A DNA stretch of 64,000 bases from Octopus sinensis (lineage: Eukaryota), in NCBI RefSeq assembly GCF_006345805.1, contig NC_043003.1:2170001-2234000 (forward strand). The letters run 5' to 3'. Positions 13,888-25,289 of this stretch are shown here, piece by piece. Numbering within the stretch: the stretch's first letter is position 1; every line of letters begins with the position of its first letter. The translations under genes were made by a program, and so were the position numbers. The notes under the pieces are model-generated. The model made no database searches. It worked only from the letters and a program-made list of their open reading frames with translations, and was not told the origin of the DNA.

Positions 13888-14993
13888 TGTGTATATTTAA
13901 CATTATCTGGGTAGAAAGTATAATTTGAAAAAAAAAAAAAATCACCAACAGCTGTTACCATTGCACAGAAACAATTGTGATTAACACGTGTTCATTCCAT
14001 ATACTCAATGAGCCCAGCTTCTTTGATAATTTCTTTCAAATGGAAAGAAAATGTTTAGAGGTAATAATTGATAAATATATTGTATTTCTCCAACTTCTGA
14101 CTGTTTTATCAATATATATCTGTATATCTCTACACTCTACACACACACACGGTCTTTCTCACAGCTTTTGTCTCCTACATTTCATGAAGCTTTGGTCAAA
14201 TGAAGGCAACGGTAGAGGAAAAGCTGCCTCGCCATGGGATTGAACACAAACCACATGCTTGCAAAGCAAACTTCTTACCACACAACCATACCTGCACCAT
14301 ACGTCTGGATGTCTAAGTGTGGTATTTACGATATACGGCTATACACACAGATCGCAAACCTATTTAATATCTAACATTATTCTATTCGACACGCACATGC
14401 GTCCACGTTTTCCAACATGAATATACACAGAGCCATGCCATGCAAGGACGTTGGGAATTATGAAGGAATCAAGAACTCGATACCAAACAACGATTTACCA
14501 TTCAACCCTAGTTTTTGTGGCATCTTGTTTTAATGTCTCATTTCATCTGAAAAGGGGAAAGCAATTTTAAAGTTTAACCAACGTCAACAACGACATGATG
14601 AAGAATAAAACTGTACCTAAAATCGGTTGTATTTCCTCTGTCACTGAAAAGTTATAAACAGTTATTGTGTTTTGTAAACAAACAGATTCAGACGTTTATA
14701 TGCGTGTGCATGCGTGAATGTTGTGTCTATGGACTCCCATGCATGAATACACAGAACTGGTTTCGAATTTTGGTAACAACGCCAGTAATTTTTGGGGGGA
14801 GGGGGAGCAAGTTGATTACATTGGCCCCAGTGCATGACTGGTACTTATTTTATGAACCCCGGACAGATGAAAAGTAAAATTGACTTCAGCTGAACTGGAA
14901 CTCAGAACGTAAGGCCATAAGTATTGTACCTGACGTGCAAACGATTTTAAATATGAATTCACAGAATTACAAGCGAAATCGTTGCCGAATTTG

Positions 14994-15116
14994 CCTCATC
15001 TTGTTTGTTGTTAACACAACGTTTTGGCTGATATATCCTCCAGCCTTCATCAGGTGTCTTGGAGAAATTTTGAACCTGGGTTCTCATTCCTAATGTATTT
15101 TTTGTTGTTGTTGTTG

Positions 15117-15152
<36 letters not shown>

Positions 15153-15410
15153 TCACTGCTTGGAATCAAACATTGGTTAAGCGCATGAGCTGAGTTCGAT
15201 TCCAAGCAGTGACCTGAATAATAATAATAATAACAATAATAACATTGAAAAATACCTTAGGAATGGGAACCCAGGTTTGAAATTTCCCCAAGACACCTGA
15301 TGAAGGATGGAGAGTATATCAGCCAAAATGTTGTGATAACAACAAACAAGATGAGGACAAATATCCGTCGAATGTAAATAATTCCTCATCTCTTAAATAT
15401 AGAACTGAAT
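14994..15410. mobile_element. Fold-back element A: inverted arms of ~175 bp, each with a decayed hammerhead motif, around a tRNA-like core
   Basis: 14994-15171 is the reverse complement of about 15194-15356. Hammerhead motifs at 15013-15058 (-) and 15292-15337 (+). TGGTTAAG and GAGTTCGATTCC boxes at the centre. Confidence 0.85.
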
Positions 15411-15730
15411 CATTAAAGATGGTTTTGTCATTCAAAAATTGATATTATGCTCTGATTTTTCAGATATTTTTTATTCCAGAGCATATGTCTATTGTGCTCT
15501 AACAATTAGTTATTAGCATACTCAGAGTGTATTCCCCTGGCATCCATGTGTCATACATGATACAAGTGCCCAGGTTTTCCAACCAACAGAGAAACTTGAG
15601 AATTAGGAAAAGAAGGCTTTATACTACTCAGAATGACTGAAACAAAGGCTAGTGTGTGTGTGTGTGTATACACATGCACACCTATCCACCAATGTTGGAT
15701 TCATCTGCTTGACATCTTAACTGTTTAAAC

Positions 15731-15813
15731 TTTCACCTGAAGAAAGCAGATTCTATGTCATGATGTAATCTATGAAGACATTAATAAAATTCTACTGAAA
15801 CAGCTGTCGTAAA
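15731..15813 (+). ncRNA. Minimal type I hammerhead ribozyme-like motif (Penelope-type)
   Basis: TTTCAC-CTGAAGA-A-AGCAGA..(40 nt)..TCTACT-GAAAC-AGCT-GTC-GTAAA. Palindromic stem III (ACAGCTGT), GUC triplet. Stems I and II each have one defect. Confidence 0.65.
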
Positions 15814-16314
15814 TTTTAAATTCCATTTGTGTTCTCTGTTTTTACCTATGCTACACCTGGAACCAACCCCAGAGTCAGATCTGCAGTTTGTATCGGATTT
15901 GGTACTTGCATATCTACAGTATCCTACCAACACCTGATACCTTCATGGTTGTTTACCATATGTTGTTACACCTAGCCATTTCTAGCATCCTGCATGGTGA
16001 TATGCCTAGGTTCTATTGAATCATTATAACTAATTTATATATACATTTTATATATATATATGTATTTATGTAATTAGGGGATAGGTTAATCTCTGAGTCT
16101 GCTGAAATGAACTGATAGTTCTGCATATAACATCTCAAGGTACATCTTTTCCTCTGATGAAATTATGCTCATGTCACATAAATGCAAATTCAATGTACAA
16201 ATCTGTAATTAAATCATTGAGTATTAATTGAAACGATTGTAAGAAGTGAAGACGACCAATTTGTTAACAATAAATAATTTTTAACTTCCTTATCTCCATT
16301 TTCTTTTCTCCATT

Positions 16315-16352
<38 letters not shown>

Positions 16353-16589
16353 AAAGTAAGATAGGGGTTAAGGATGTAACCCACTAAGGGATAGCATTTA
16401 TCCAATATACTGTTGGTAAATTACCCAGATTCTTAATATATAAATGTTTTTAATTGCAATGCAATTAACTCATTTATTGTATTAAACGGGTGAAGGTAAA
16501 GAAATATTTTTACCGTAAATTTATAATCCAACATTATAATATGCGAAAGTTGATGAACAAACAAATTTGTTTTACCATTTTCTTATTTG

Positions 16590-16636
<47 letters not shown>

Positions 16637-16966
16637 ATTACAGGGCATCATATGTGATGCACAGGATACTTGGCAGATAATTAAAGGTTGCCAAACAGAA
16701 ATATATTACCCACTAATTAATGAAGTACCAACATATATTGCCCCAAAACTAAACCAAATTAATTTCTATGAGCTAGAAATTGGATGTTTACGATAAGATT
16801 ATGGAAATGCTTTGAACAAGCAAAGAGTTAATTCAGATTATGTTCTTAGATTGATTTTAGATTAGAATTAAAAATGATTAAAAATAAAATGAAAAGTAAT
16901 AAATGACTTTGAAAATATTCGACAATTAACTGCAAATTAAAAAAGAAAATTGTGGCATCAACTCAC

Positions 16967-17072
16967 TTGCTCTAATCATGTCTTCTAACTGACGACCTTT
17001 CAGTTCAAGTTCTCTTAGCTTAGCATCAATATCAACCACTTCAAGAGGAATTTCAGAAGAGGTGAACGTTTT
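16967..17072 (-). CDS. MICALL1/2: MICAL-like, exon encoding the start of the C-terminal bMERB (Rab-binding) coiled coil
   Basis: ctaattttag|AAA...GCA A|gtgagt encodes KTFTSSEIPLEVVDIDAKLRELELKGRQLEDMIRA, matching the bMERB helix-1 pattern (..EL.EIE.K..ELE..G..LE..IR). Phase 0 in is compatible with the 38969 donor. Later bMERB exons were not found in the window. Confidence 0.8.
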
Positions 17073-17900
17073 CTAAAATTAGAATAAATAAAACTTAACT
17101 GAAACATGACTGTGAGTAGTGAAACAAAAACAACAACAGAAAACAAGGCAATGATATTTCAACTGATAAGAGTGATTAAAAATATAGAAGAGATTAAATA
17201 GAGAGCTTATATTGGCAAGCTTGTTTTGCTATGCCGTGCTTGAGAAATACAGAATTGGTTTGCTTCTGGCTGACCTGAAAAATGGCAAATGGAGTGGCAC
17301 TCAGAAAAATTAGCAACACATACATCTATGCATATTTGCCAACTATGTCGGTAGAATGAAATGTCACCTTTGAGTAAATCAACAGAATGGATTGTGTGGT
17401 TGTTAGGTTTCCTACATCTGACATCGTCCAATAAATAGAAATGAATAAATAAAGATGATGACTGATGTAACAGAAGCAATGGAACCCAAAATGGACAATA
17501 AAAAGAAATAATAATACATTATAGATTTGCTTAACCATTCGTTGAGCAGGGTGGTGCAGTGGAAGTGTTACCAGGCTCAGAATCCAGAGGTCCACAGATC
17601 AAAACAATACTCTGCACAGAAATGGATGCTCTCTTTGATCCTTATACATTGCAACTAAGTTGTCTACGAATATATCAACCATGTACATGTGTGTATACAT
17701 ACAAGGAAAGGATAAATCCTATTTATCCAACAGAGATGTCTACAGGGTCAAGGGGTCACCAACATACTGCATGTGGCCCAACCACTGGCTACCTGCACCC
17801 CACACTAACATACTTTTCTGGACACAGAGCTACCCAAGTTCACAACATCAGATGTATTAGACAGTGAGCCAGGAGTTTCTTTAACCTTTTATTCTCTAAT

Positions 17901-18330
17901 ACAGTTCTATAATAAAGAGATGAGGAATTATTTACATTATTTACATTTGACGGATATTTGTCCTCATCTTGTTTGTTGTTAACACAATGCTTCGGCTGAT
18001 ATACCCTCCAGCCTTCATCAGGTGTCTTGAGGAAATTTCAAACCTGGGCTCTCATTCCTAAGGTATTTTTCCAATGTTATTAATATTATTATTATCATCA
18101 CTATTATTATTATTCAGTAGTGGTTAAGAGCATGGGCTACTAACCCCAAGATTCCGAGTTCGATTCCAGGTAGTGACCTGAATAAACATCGAAAAATACC
18201 TTAGGAACGAGATCCCAGGTTCGAAATTTCCCCAGGACACCTGATAAAGGCTGGAGGGGTATATATCAGCCAAAATGTTGTGTTAAGAACAAACAAGATG
18301 ACAAATATCCATCAAATGTAAATAATGAAA
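17901..18330. mobile_element. Fold-back element B, same family as A, with a more complete tRNA-like head
   Basis: Left arm 17901-18117 is inverted relative to the right arm 18177-18330. Head 18118-18167 has A-box TAGTGGTTAAG, anticodon-like arm GGG-CTACTAA-CCC and B-box GAGTTCGATTCC. Hammerhead motifs at 17981-18026 (-) and 18236-18284 (+). Confidence 0.85.
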
Positions 18331-19228
18331 ATAATGTACTTTTATTCTCTTTGCATCTGTTTGCCAGAACCTTTTTGAGCCAGGTAACACTACTACTACT
18401 ACAACTGTTAATGATGATGATGATGAGCCATCAGCAGGGTATGTGGGTCATTTGTAGTCAACTAGTCTGATGAAAATGGTATGTTTCAAGCTTTTGGTTC
18501 TTTGCCAATAATTTTGATGGGAAACATTTAGCATCAAAGTTTATTTTGTGGTTTAGCAGAAACAAGCAAAAGACTGATAAGACGATAAGACAGAAGGGAA
18601 ATAGGGCACGTACGAGTGTGGGTGTGTGGGTGTATGAGTGAGGGGGGTGAGAGAGAGAGAGAGCATGTGTGCGTGTGTGAGCAAAAGAGAAAGTGTGTGT
18701 GAGAGTGTGAGGGGGAGTAAGAGAGTATGTGTGTGTGTGTGAGCAAAAGAGTGTACACGTATGTGTGAGAGAGTGTGTGCGTGAGGGACGGGGAGACAGT
18801 ATTTGTGTATGAGCAAAAGATTGTGTGCATATGTGTGTGTGCAAGAGAGAGAGAGAGAGTACATGTGTGTGTGTGTGTGTGTGTGCTCTTGTGAGTGCAG
18901 CAAATCTGCCCATTTAATATTCATGATGTTGTTGTTATTCCTCTTCCTGTTAACAAACCGTTTCACTATAAAACCTCCATGAAAGTCTCTGAGTAGAGTT
19001 GCCCATCAATAATTGATTGCACCAGCGTCTATTCCAACTGAATCCTTCCCTACACCATGTTAATGGAACCGCTTCCAATTCTTCTTCCAATAAACTCTCA
19101 CCTCTGGGATGGCCTCATTTCGTACAAACTCTTTCCTTTTTTCACATCAATGATTCAGTTGCCATCACTGCCAAATGCACTCCATCCACAATCTAGAGCA
19201 TAGCTGGAACTTTCCATTCTGTGACAGA

Positions 19229-19615
19229 AACCATTGGTAAGGTGTGGCTGTGTGGCAAGACATTTGCATCCCAACCACATGGTTCCGGGTTCAATCCTGC
19301 AGTGTGACACCTTAGGTAAGTATCTTCTACTATAGCCTCAGACCAGCCAGTGCCTTCTGATGGAAACTGTATGGAATCAGTGACATGTATGTATATTATG
19401 TGTGGGTGTAGGTTTCTGTGCCATCCCACTCCCTCACAACTGGTGTTTGTTTATTGACATCCCTGCAACACAGTGGTTTGGCAAAACAGGCCAACAGGAT
19501 AAGTACTAAACTTTAGAAGATAAGTGCTGGGGTCAGTTTATTTGACCAAACCCCTTCAAGGTGGTGCCCTGGCACAGACTTAGTTCAGTGACTGAAACAA
19601 GTAAACAATAAAAGA
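19229..19615 (+). mobile_element. tRNA/CORE-type SINE, family A (diverged)
   Basis: ggttccgggttcaatcc B-box, gacaccttaggtaagtatcttctactatagcctc CORE-like segment and tgactgaaacaagtaaa tail. Confidence 0.8.
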
Positions 19616-20599
19616 TATAAACCCAAGCTAAAACGACACTTTGATTTAGTTCAAGTAGAGACCCTTTCAGACCCCATGGATTAGACATGTTGCTTTCAGA
19701 GCCTGCTGGCCCTGTGCCAAAATATGAAACCATTGTTTTGGAGATGGCGGAATCATTAATGCACCAAAATGCTTAGCGGCATTTTGTCTGTCATTACAAT
19801 CTGATTGCAAACTCCACTGAGGTCAACTTAGCTTTTCATCCTTTTGAGACAGATAAAATAAGTACCAGTTAACTACTGGGGATTAATGTAACTGACTTGC
19901 CCCTCCCCTCAAAATCTGCCGGCCCTGTGCCAAAATTTGGAACCATTATGTTTTTAAGAAGTAAGATGGCAAGCTGATGGAATCATTAGCCTACCAGACA
20001 AAACACTGAGTGGCATTTCGTTTGTCTTTTATGACCTGATCTCAAATTCCAATGTGGTTGGAATTTGCATTTCGTCCTTTCGGGATAAATAAACACCAGT
20101 TAAGTAATTGACTTCCCCCTCCCCTCAATGGGGTGGTCTTCACCGGAATGCTTTTCCCCATAGAACTGCACAATCAGGGATGACTTGGGCAAACAATAAC
20201 GATACTGTTACTATCTACAGACAGATATATCACCTGATTTATCTGAAGAGGGACTTTGTTCTCAGACACAAAACCCCGGCTGACATAGCAATTTCCCTTT
20301 AACTCTTTTGATTCCCAACCTCTTGAAACCATCCCTGGTTCTAGGCTATAAATCCAGTTTTTAAATGGCCTAAATTAAAACCTTTTCTCTAAATGACAAA
20401 AGTTATTTTTATAAATTCTTTGTTGTTTCCAAAATGAACTGAAACCAAAGACAGTCCAACAGAAATATGCTAAGGAATGAGTTAAAGGAAACTTCAAGTG
20501 TTGCTTTGTCTTTTGGGTTTTTGGGTTTTTTGTTTACCAAAATTTATACTTGCTGATATTAAAAATAAATAAATGTGCCCTTTTAAAACCTAACCAGGA

Positions 20600-20810
20600 C
20601 CTGGTTTCTACGGCATATGTGTACCCCAGCTGGATGGGATGCCAGTCCATCGCAGCGTTACTCATTTTTGCCAGCTGAGTGGACTGGAGCAACGTGAAAT
20701 GAAGTGTTTTGCTCAAGAACACAACGCGTCACCCGGTCCAGGAATTGAAACCACAATCTTACAATCATGATGCTGACACCCTAACCACTAAGCCATGCAC
20801 CTCCACACTT
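20600..20810 (-). mobile_element. tRNA-derived SINE, family C
   Basis: Reverse strand gtggaggtgcatggcttagtggttagggtg...ggtttcaattcc, followed by gttcttgagcaaaacacttcatttcacgttgctccagtccactcagctgg. Related pieces at about 22900-23120, 33900-34200, 36835-37100, 41700-42210, 43700-43830 and 57120-57290. Confidence 0.8.
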
Positions 20811-21716
20811 GCTGATATTAGATATCAGTAATCTGCAGAAACCTAACCCCACCCCCTCGTTATTCTACGATATGTTTAATCTCTCATATCTTGGTTTCCA
20901 CAAAAGCTGCCAATTCATTCATCTCATTCACAGATTCGTTGTATTCAATGTCGTTCTACAAAAGACTGACTCCAGGATTAACAAAACATTTTTATTCAAT
21001 TTCATTAATTCACATTTTTATTTGGTTTGCTCACGTTGTAACTGAGATTTGAAAAATTTGCATATTCTTGTAAAGTTTCATGATTTTAATAATGTTTTTT
21101 CAATGGTTTAGTCAGGCAGCACCAATGTTTTGTTTCAGAGCCTCTCAGACAGTGTCAGGACAACAGCCTCTGCATAATCGGTCTAGATAATTGCTTTAAC
21201 CTACACTCTGGCATGTTCTACAAACTTTAACCTATAAACGTTGGGAGAGCGATTAACCAAGAACTGTTGTCTCCCAGGAGCAACTGTCAAGGAACTATCA
21301 GACAATGAGTGGGGTTGCCCTGGGACCCTCCAAGACTTGTGCAAGGTAACAAGAAAAAGGCAGTGGTGTTGACTGAGAGACAGATTAAGTCTATACAGAT
21401 TTACAATATTCTCTGCACTCCACCAGTATGGATATAATTTTAATACGGTTTTTATTGTAAGTAGGACTAGATATCGGATGTTCTTAAGATATTATTAACA
21501 TATTTATACATTTATATATAAATATATTTTTAGTACATGATTTTGTGAACATAATAATTTTACAACAGAATATATTTTAGTAACCTATCTTTTGATTCAC
21601 CGTTATTTTCCCTATTTTTCTATGGCTGAAATATACTGAGCACTTCAATGTGTCCTATATATAGAAAAAATTTCATCTCTTGAAAATAAATTTTACATAC
21701 ACACACACACATATAT

Positions 21717-22220
21717 CATCATTATCATCATTTAGCGTCCGTTTTCCATGCTAGCATGGGTTGGACAGTTTAAATGGGGTCTGTGAAGCCGGGAGGCTTC
21801 ATCAGGCCCAGTCAGATTTGGCAGTGTTTCTACGGCTGGATGCCCTTCCTAACGCCAACCACACCGTGAGTGTAGTGGGTGCTTTTTACGTGCCACCTGC
21901 ACAGGTGCCATCATCATCATTTAGTGTCCGCTTTCCATGCTAGCATGGGTTGGACGGTTCAACTGGGGTCTGGGAAGCCAGAAGGTTGCACCAGGCCCAG
22001 TCTGATCAGGCAGTGTTTCTATGGCTGGATGCCCTTCCTAACGCCAACCACTCCGTGAGTGTAGTGGGTGCCTTTTACGTGCCACCCGCACAGGTGCCAG
22101 GCGAGGCTGGCAACGGCCACGATCGGATGGTGCTTTTTACGTGCCACCGGCACGGGGGCCAGTCGGGGCGGCGCTGGCAACGGACACGGTCGGATGGTGC
22201 TTTTTACGTGCCAGATGCAG
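21717..22220 (-). mobile_element. Two head-to-tail young copies of the RTE 3' tail
   Basis: Near-identical reverse complements of 63000-63216, each starting with an (ATC)n tail. Confidence 0.85.
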
Positions 22221-22224
22221 GAGA

Positions 22225-22600
22225 GGCTGTGTGGTAAGTAGCTTGCTTACCAACTACATGATTCCGGGCTCAGTCCCACTGCATGGCACCTTGGGCAAGT
22301 GTCTTCTACAATAGCCTCGGGCCGACCAAAGCCTTGTGAGATTTAGTAGACGGAAACTGAAAGAAGCCTGTTGTATATATATATATGTTTGTGTGTCAGT
22401 GTTTGTTCCCACAACATTGCTTGACAACCGATGCTGGTGTGTTTACGACTCCATAACTTAGCGGTTCGGCAAAAGAGACCGATAGAATAAGTACTAGGCT
22501 TACAAAGAATAAGTCCTGGGGTCGATTTGCTTGACTAAAGCTGGTGCTCCAGCATGGCCGTAGTCAAATGACTGAAACAAGTAAAAGAATAAAAGAATGT
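22225..22600 (+). mobile_element. tRNA/CORE-type SINE, family A, full length
   Basis: gtgtggtaagtagcttgc head, ggcaccttgggcaagtgtcttc CORE-like box, internal TA microsatellite and gactgaaacaagtaaaagaa tail. Confidence 0.88.
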
Positions 22601-23639
22601 AAGTTTGTATGTAGGGTATCAGGACAAAATGCCACCGGACAAATTTTATAGAAAAATATCAACTAATAAATATCTAAAATTTTATTAATAAAACTTAACG
22701 TTTCCAAAATATTTTTATTGTAAAAATAGAAGAATATCTCAGGGATATTATATCTGCAAGTATTTGGTCAAGCTGGAGCTTTAGTAGAAGACACTTGCCC
22801 AAGGTGTCATACAGTGGGACTGAACCCTGAAACTATATGGTTAAAAGGCAAACTTGTTAACCATTCAGCTACACCTACACATAGAGGCTTTGTAAATTCT
22901 CCCCTCTCCACACCACTGATGTTATCCAAGGGAAAGTCAAAGGCCGATACAGCTTGGCACCTGTGACGTCGCAACTCATTTCTACAGCTGAGTGAACTGG
23001 AGCAACGTGAAATAAAGGATCTTGCTCAAGAACACAACACACATCCTAGTCTGGGAATTGAACTCACAACCTTACGATCGTAAGCTCAACACTCTAACCA
23101 CTGGACCATGTACCTTCACTACATCCGCAAGTTGTAAACTTGTTAAAATACTATACTTTGCTTTTCATTTCCATTTATCCATTGTAACTTTATTCTAGTA
23201 CTGCCAAAATTTCTGGGTAAAAGAAGTCCCCATATTTATTGAGGAGTATTTCATGGTTGGTGAGAAGAAAATCTGTTTTTATATTTGTATTAAAAATAAA
23301 AGTCTTGATGTGAACTCGACAGACAGACCTGAAGAAGATCTGGACTCATAGAGGGCATGTTTTGAAGGAGTTAGGAGGGATGACAAAAAGACAAACTCAA
23401 TTAATTGACTGAGCAATCAATTAATCAATTGGTTAAATTGTTAACCAACTAACAAAAAGTGAAGTGAACTAGAATCAGTGTGTGTGTGTGTTTGTTTACT
23501 ATTGTGTAATGACCCTCTCTTGATACAACAAAATAAAAGAAATGCAAATGTCTGTACTAGAAAATTCAAGAGAGTCTGTAGATGTCAGTTAAGTTTAGTT
23601 GTGATGAGGGGGCGAAAAAAGCTGACATTTCCTATTAAG

Positions 23640-24150
23640 ATGCTTTAAGGAGAAGTGTTTAATTAATGGCTGAACTGGGTGAAGTGATAAAAAAGAAAGA
23701 AAAGCAAAATAGGAGTGAATAGGTCAGATGAAAGGAAGAGGAAATAGCTAAGGAGATAATAGCAGAGAATGAGATATGTGAGTTGAGAAAGTGTGAGAGG
23801 GGGGGGGGGCGAGGCAGGGGTAAAGTAGTCCATGTTAGTGTCAAGATGACCAAAGCAGTGGAACATAATTTCATTATGGAGAAAGGTGGTGAGTGTGAAA
23901 AGAGGAGGAAGGCTGAGTGACCAGGCTAGGAGTGTGGACTGTGTTGACCAGCGCCAGGCAGACAGACCATGCAACTACAAAGAAAGAAACCAGACAGGAG
24001 CAGGTGGGGGGGGGGGTGAGCAAGGATTTCATGCTGACCTGCCAGTCATTCAGTTGTCATTGGACCAAAGATGGAGATGTGGTGAAAGTGGGCAGAATGG
24101 GGTTGAAGTAGCAAAACAAAGATTCCAGGATGCCAGGGAGATTATTGCAG
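23640..24150 (-). mobile_element. Old LINE endonuclease-region relic
   Basis: STLLAWS..LP.LFTLTTFLHN..HCFGHL resembles the LLAWEPISPR..SARF..HGHL segment of RTE/L2-type endonucleases. Heavily decayed. Confidence 0.35.
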
Positions 24151-24350
24151 GCAGCCATGAAATATTCCAAGAACTAGACCGATGTTCTGAACCAGGTTCC
24201 ACATGGTCTATGGGGACCCACAGAAGAGTCCATTGTTAAAATTTATCACCAATAAAGTTGTTATGCTTTAACAATACACAAAATATTTTAACAATTTTTT
24301 TAAATACAATTCCTAACAATATTTAATCATAAACAATGAGATTTTATAAA

Positions 24351-24825
24351 CCCTTTCATTACCAACCTGACTGAAACCAGCTCTGGCTCTGTAGTACAAA
24401 TGTCTTGTTTTCATAAGTTTTGAATTAAAATCTTCCACCAAACATTAGTCACAAGTTATGTTCCTAACACTAGCTTAATGATAACAAAGTTATTTTATTA
24501 AATTCTTTGTTATATTTAAAGTAATTGAAAGAAACACAGAGCATCTCAACAGAAATATGGTAACAAAAGGGTTAAAATATATAATAGAGAAACAATTCTT
24601 AACCCTTTTGATACCAACCCAGCAGAAACCAGCTCTGGTTCTGTAGTACAAATGTCTTGTTTTCATAAGTTTTGAATTAAAATCTTCCACCAAACCTTAG
24701 TCACAATTTATGTTCCTAACACTAGCTGAATGATAACTAAGTTATTTTACTAAATTCTTTTGTTATATTTAAAGTTAATTGAAAGAAACACAGAGCATCT
24801 CAAAATAAATACAGTAACTAAAGGG
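24351..24825 (+). mobile_element. Tandem dimer of a ~222-bp piggyBac-like MITE
   Basis: Units 24351-24571 and 24603-24825 have CCCTTT...AAAGGG ends, with TTAA at the internal junctions. The outer flanks (ATAAA, TCTG) are imperfect. Confidence 0.75.
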
Positions 24826-25289
24826 TCTGAAATTTACCTGGAAAAAAAAAAGTCGAAGAACCAGTCCTTGTTCCTTAAAACTACAAAGATTGCAGTCAAA
24901 CTATGGATTTCATTGCATGCTAAGAGTAACTTCCCAATGGCAAAAGGGAGCAACATAATATGCAAAATCAACTATTTAAATATAATTTCTAAGTATTGAA
25001 TGGGTCAGCCATGCACTAGCACCCACATTTAATGTCTGTTTTCCATGCTGGTAGAGGAAGTTTATCAGGATCTGGTAAACCACAGGACTTTGTGCAGCTC
25101 CAATATCAGCTTTGCCCACAGCAAAAGACCACCTTGTACACAGTATGTACAAGGTGCTTTTTACGTGCCACCAGCACTAATGAGATTCTGAACTTGCAAG
25201 AAAAAGAAAATGCTCCCTTAATTAATTGGATGTGGGGAACAAGTTGATTATAGTTGTCTCAGTCAGTTATCAATCTTTTGTGGGGTTCA

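Noticed and set aside
16587-16796. Plus-strand ORF after a tattacag acceptor-like site
   Set aside because: Begins in a TA repeat, ends in a stop with no donor, and has no recognisable homology.
18118-18167. Functional tRNA gene
   Set aside because: No acceptor stem or terminator. It is the head of a repeat and was treated as tRNA-derived.
20232-20290. CTGAAGA-GGGAC... hammerhead-like start
   Set aside because: No intact GAAA or convincing stems. The CTGAAGA/CTGATGA hits at about 23328 and 52436 fail for the same reason.
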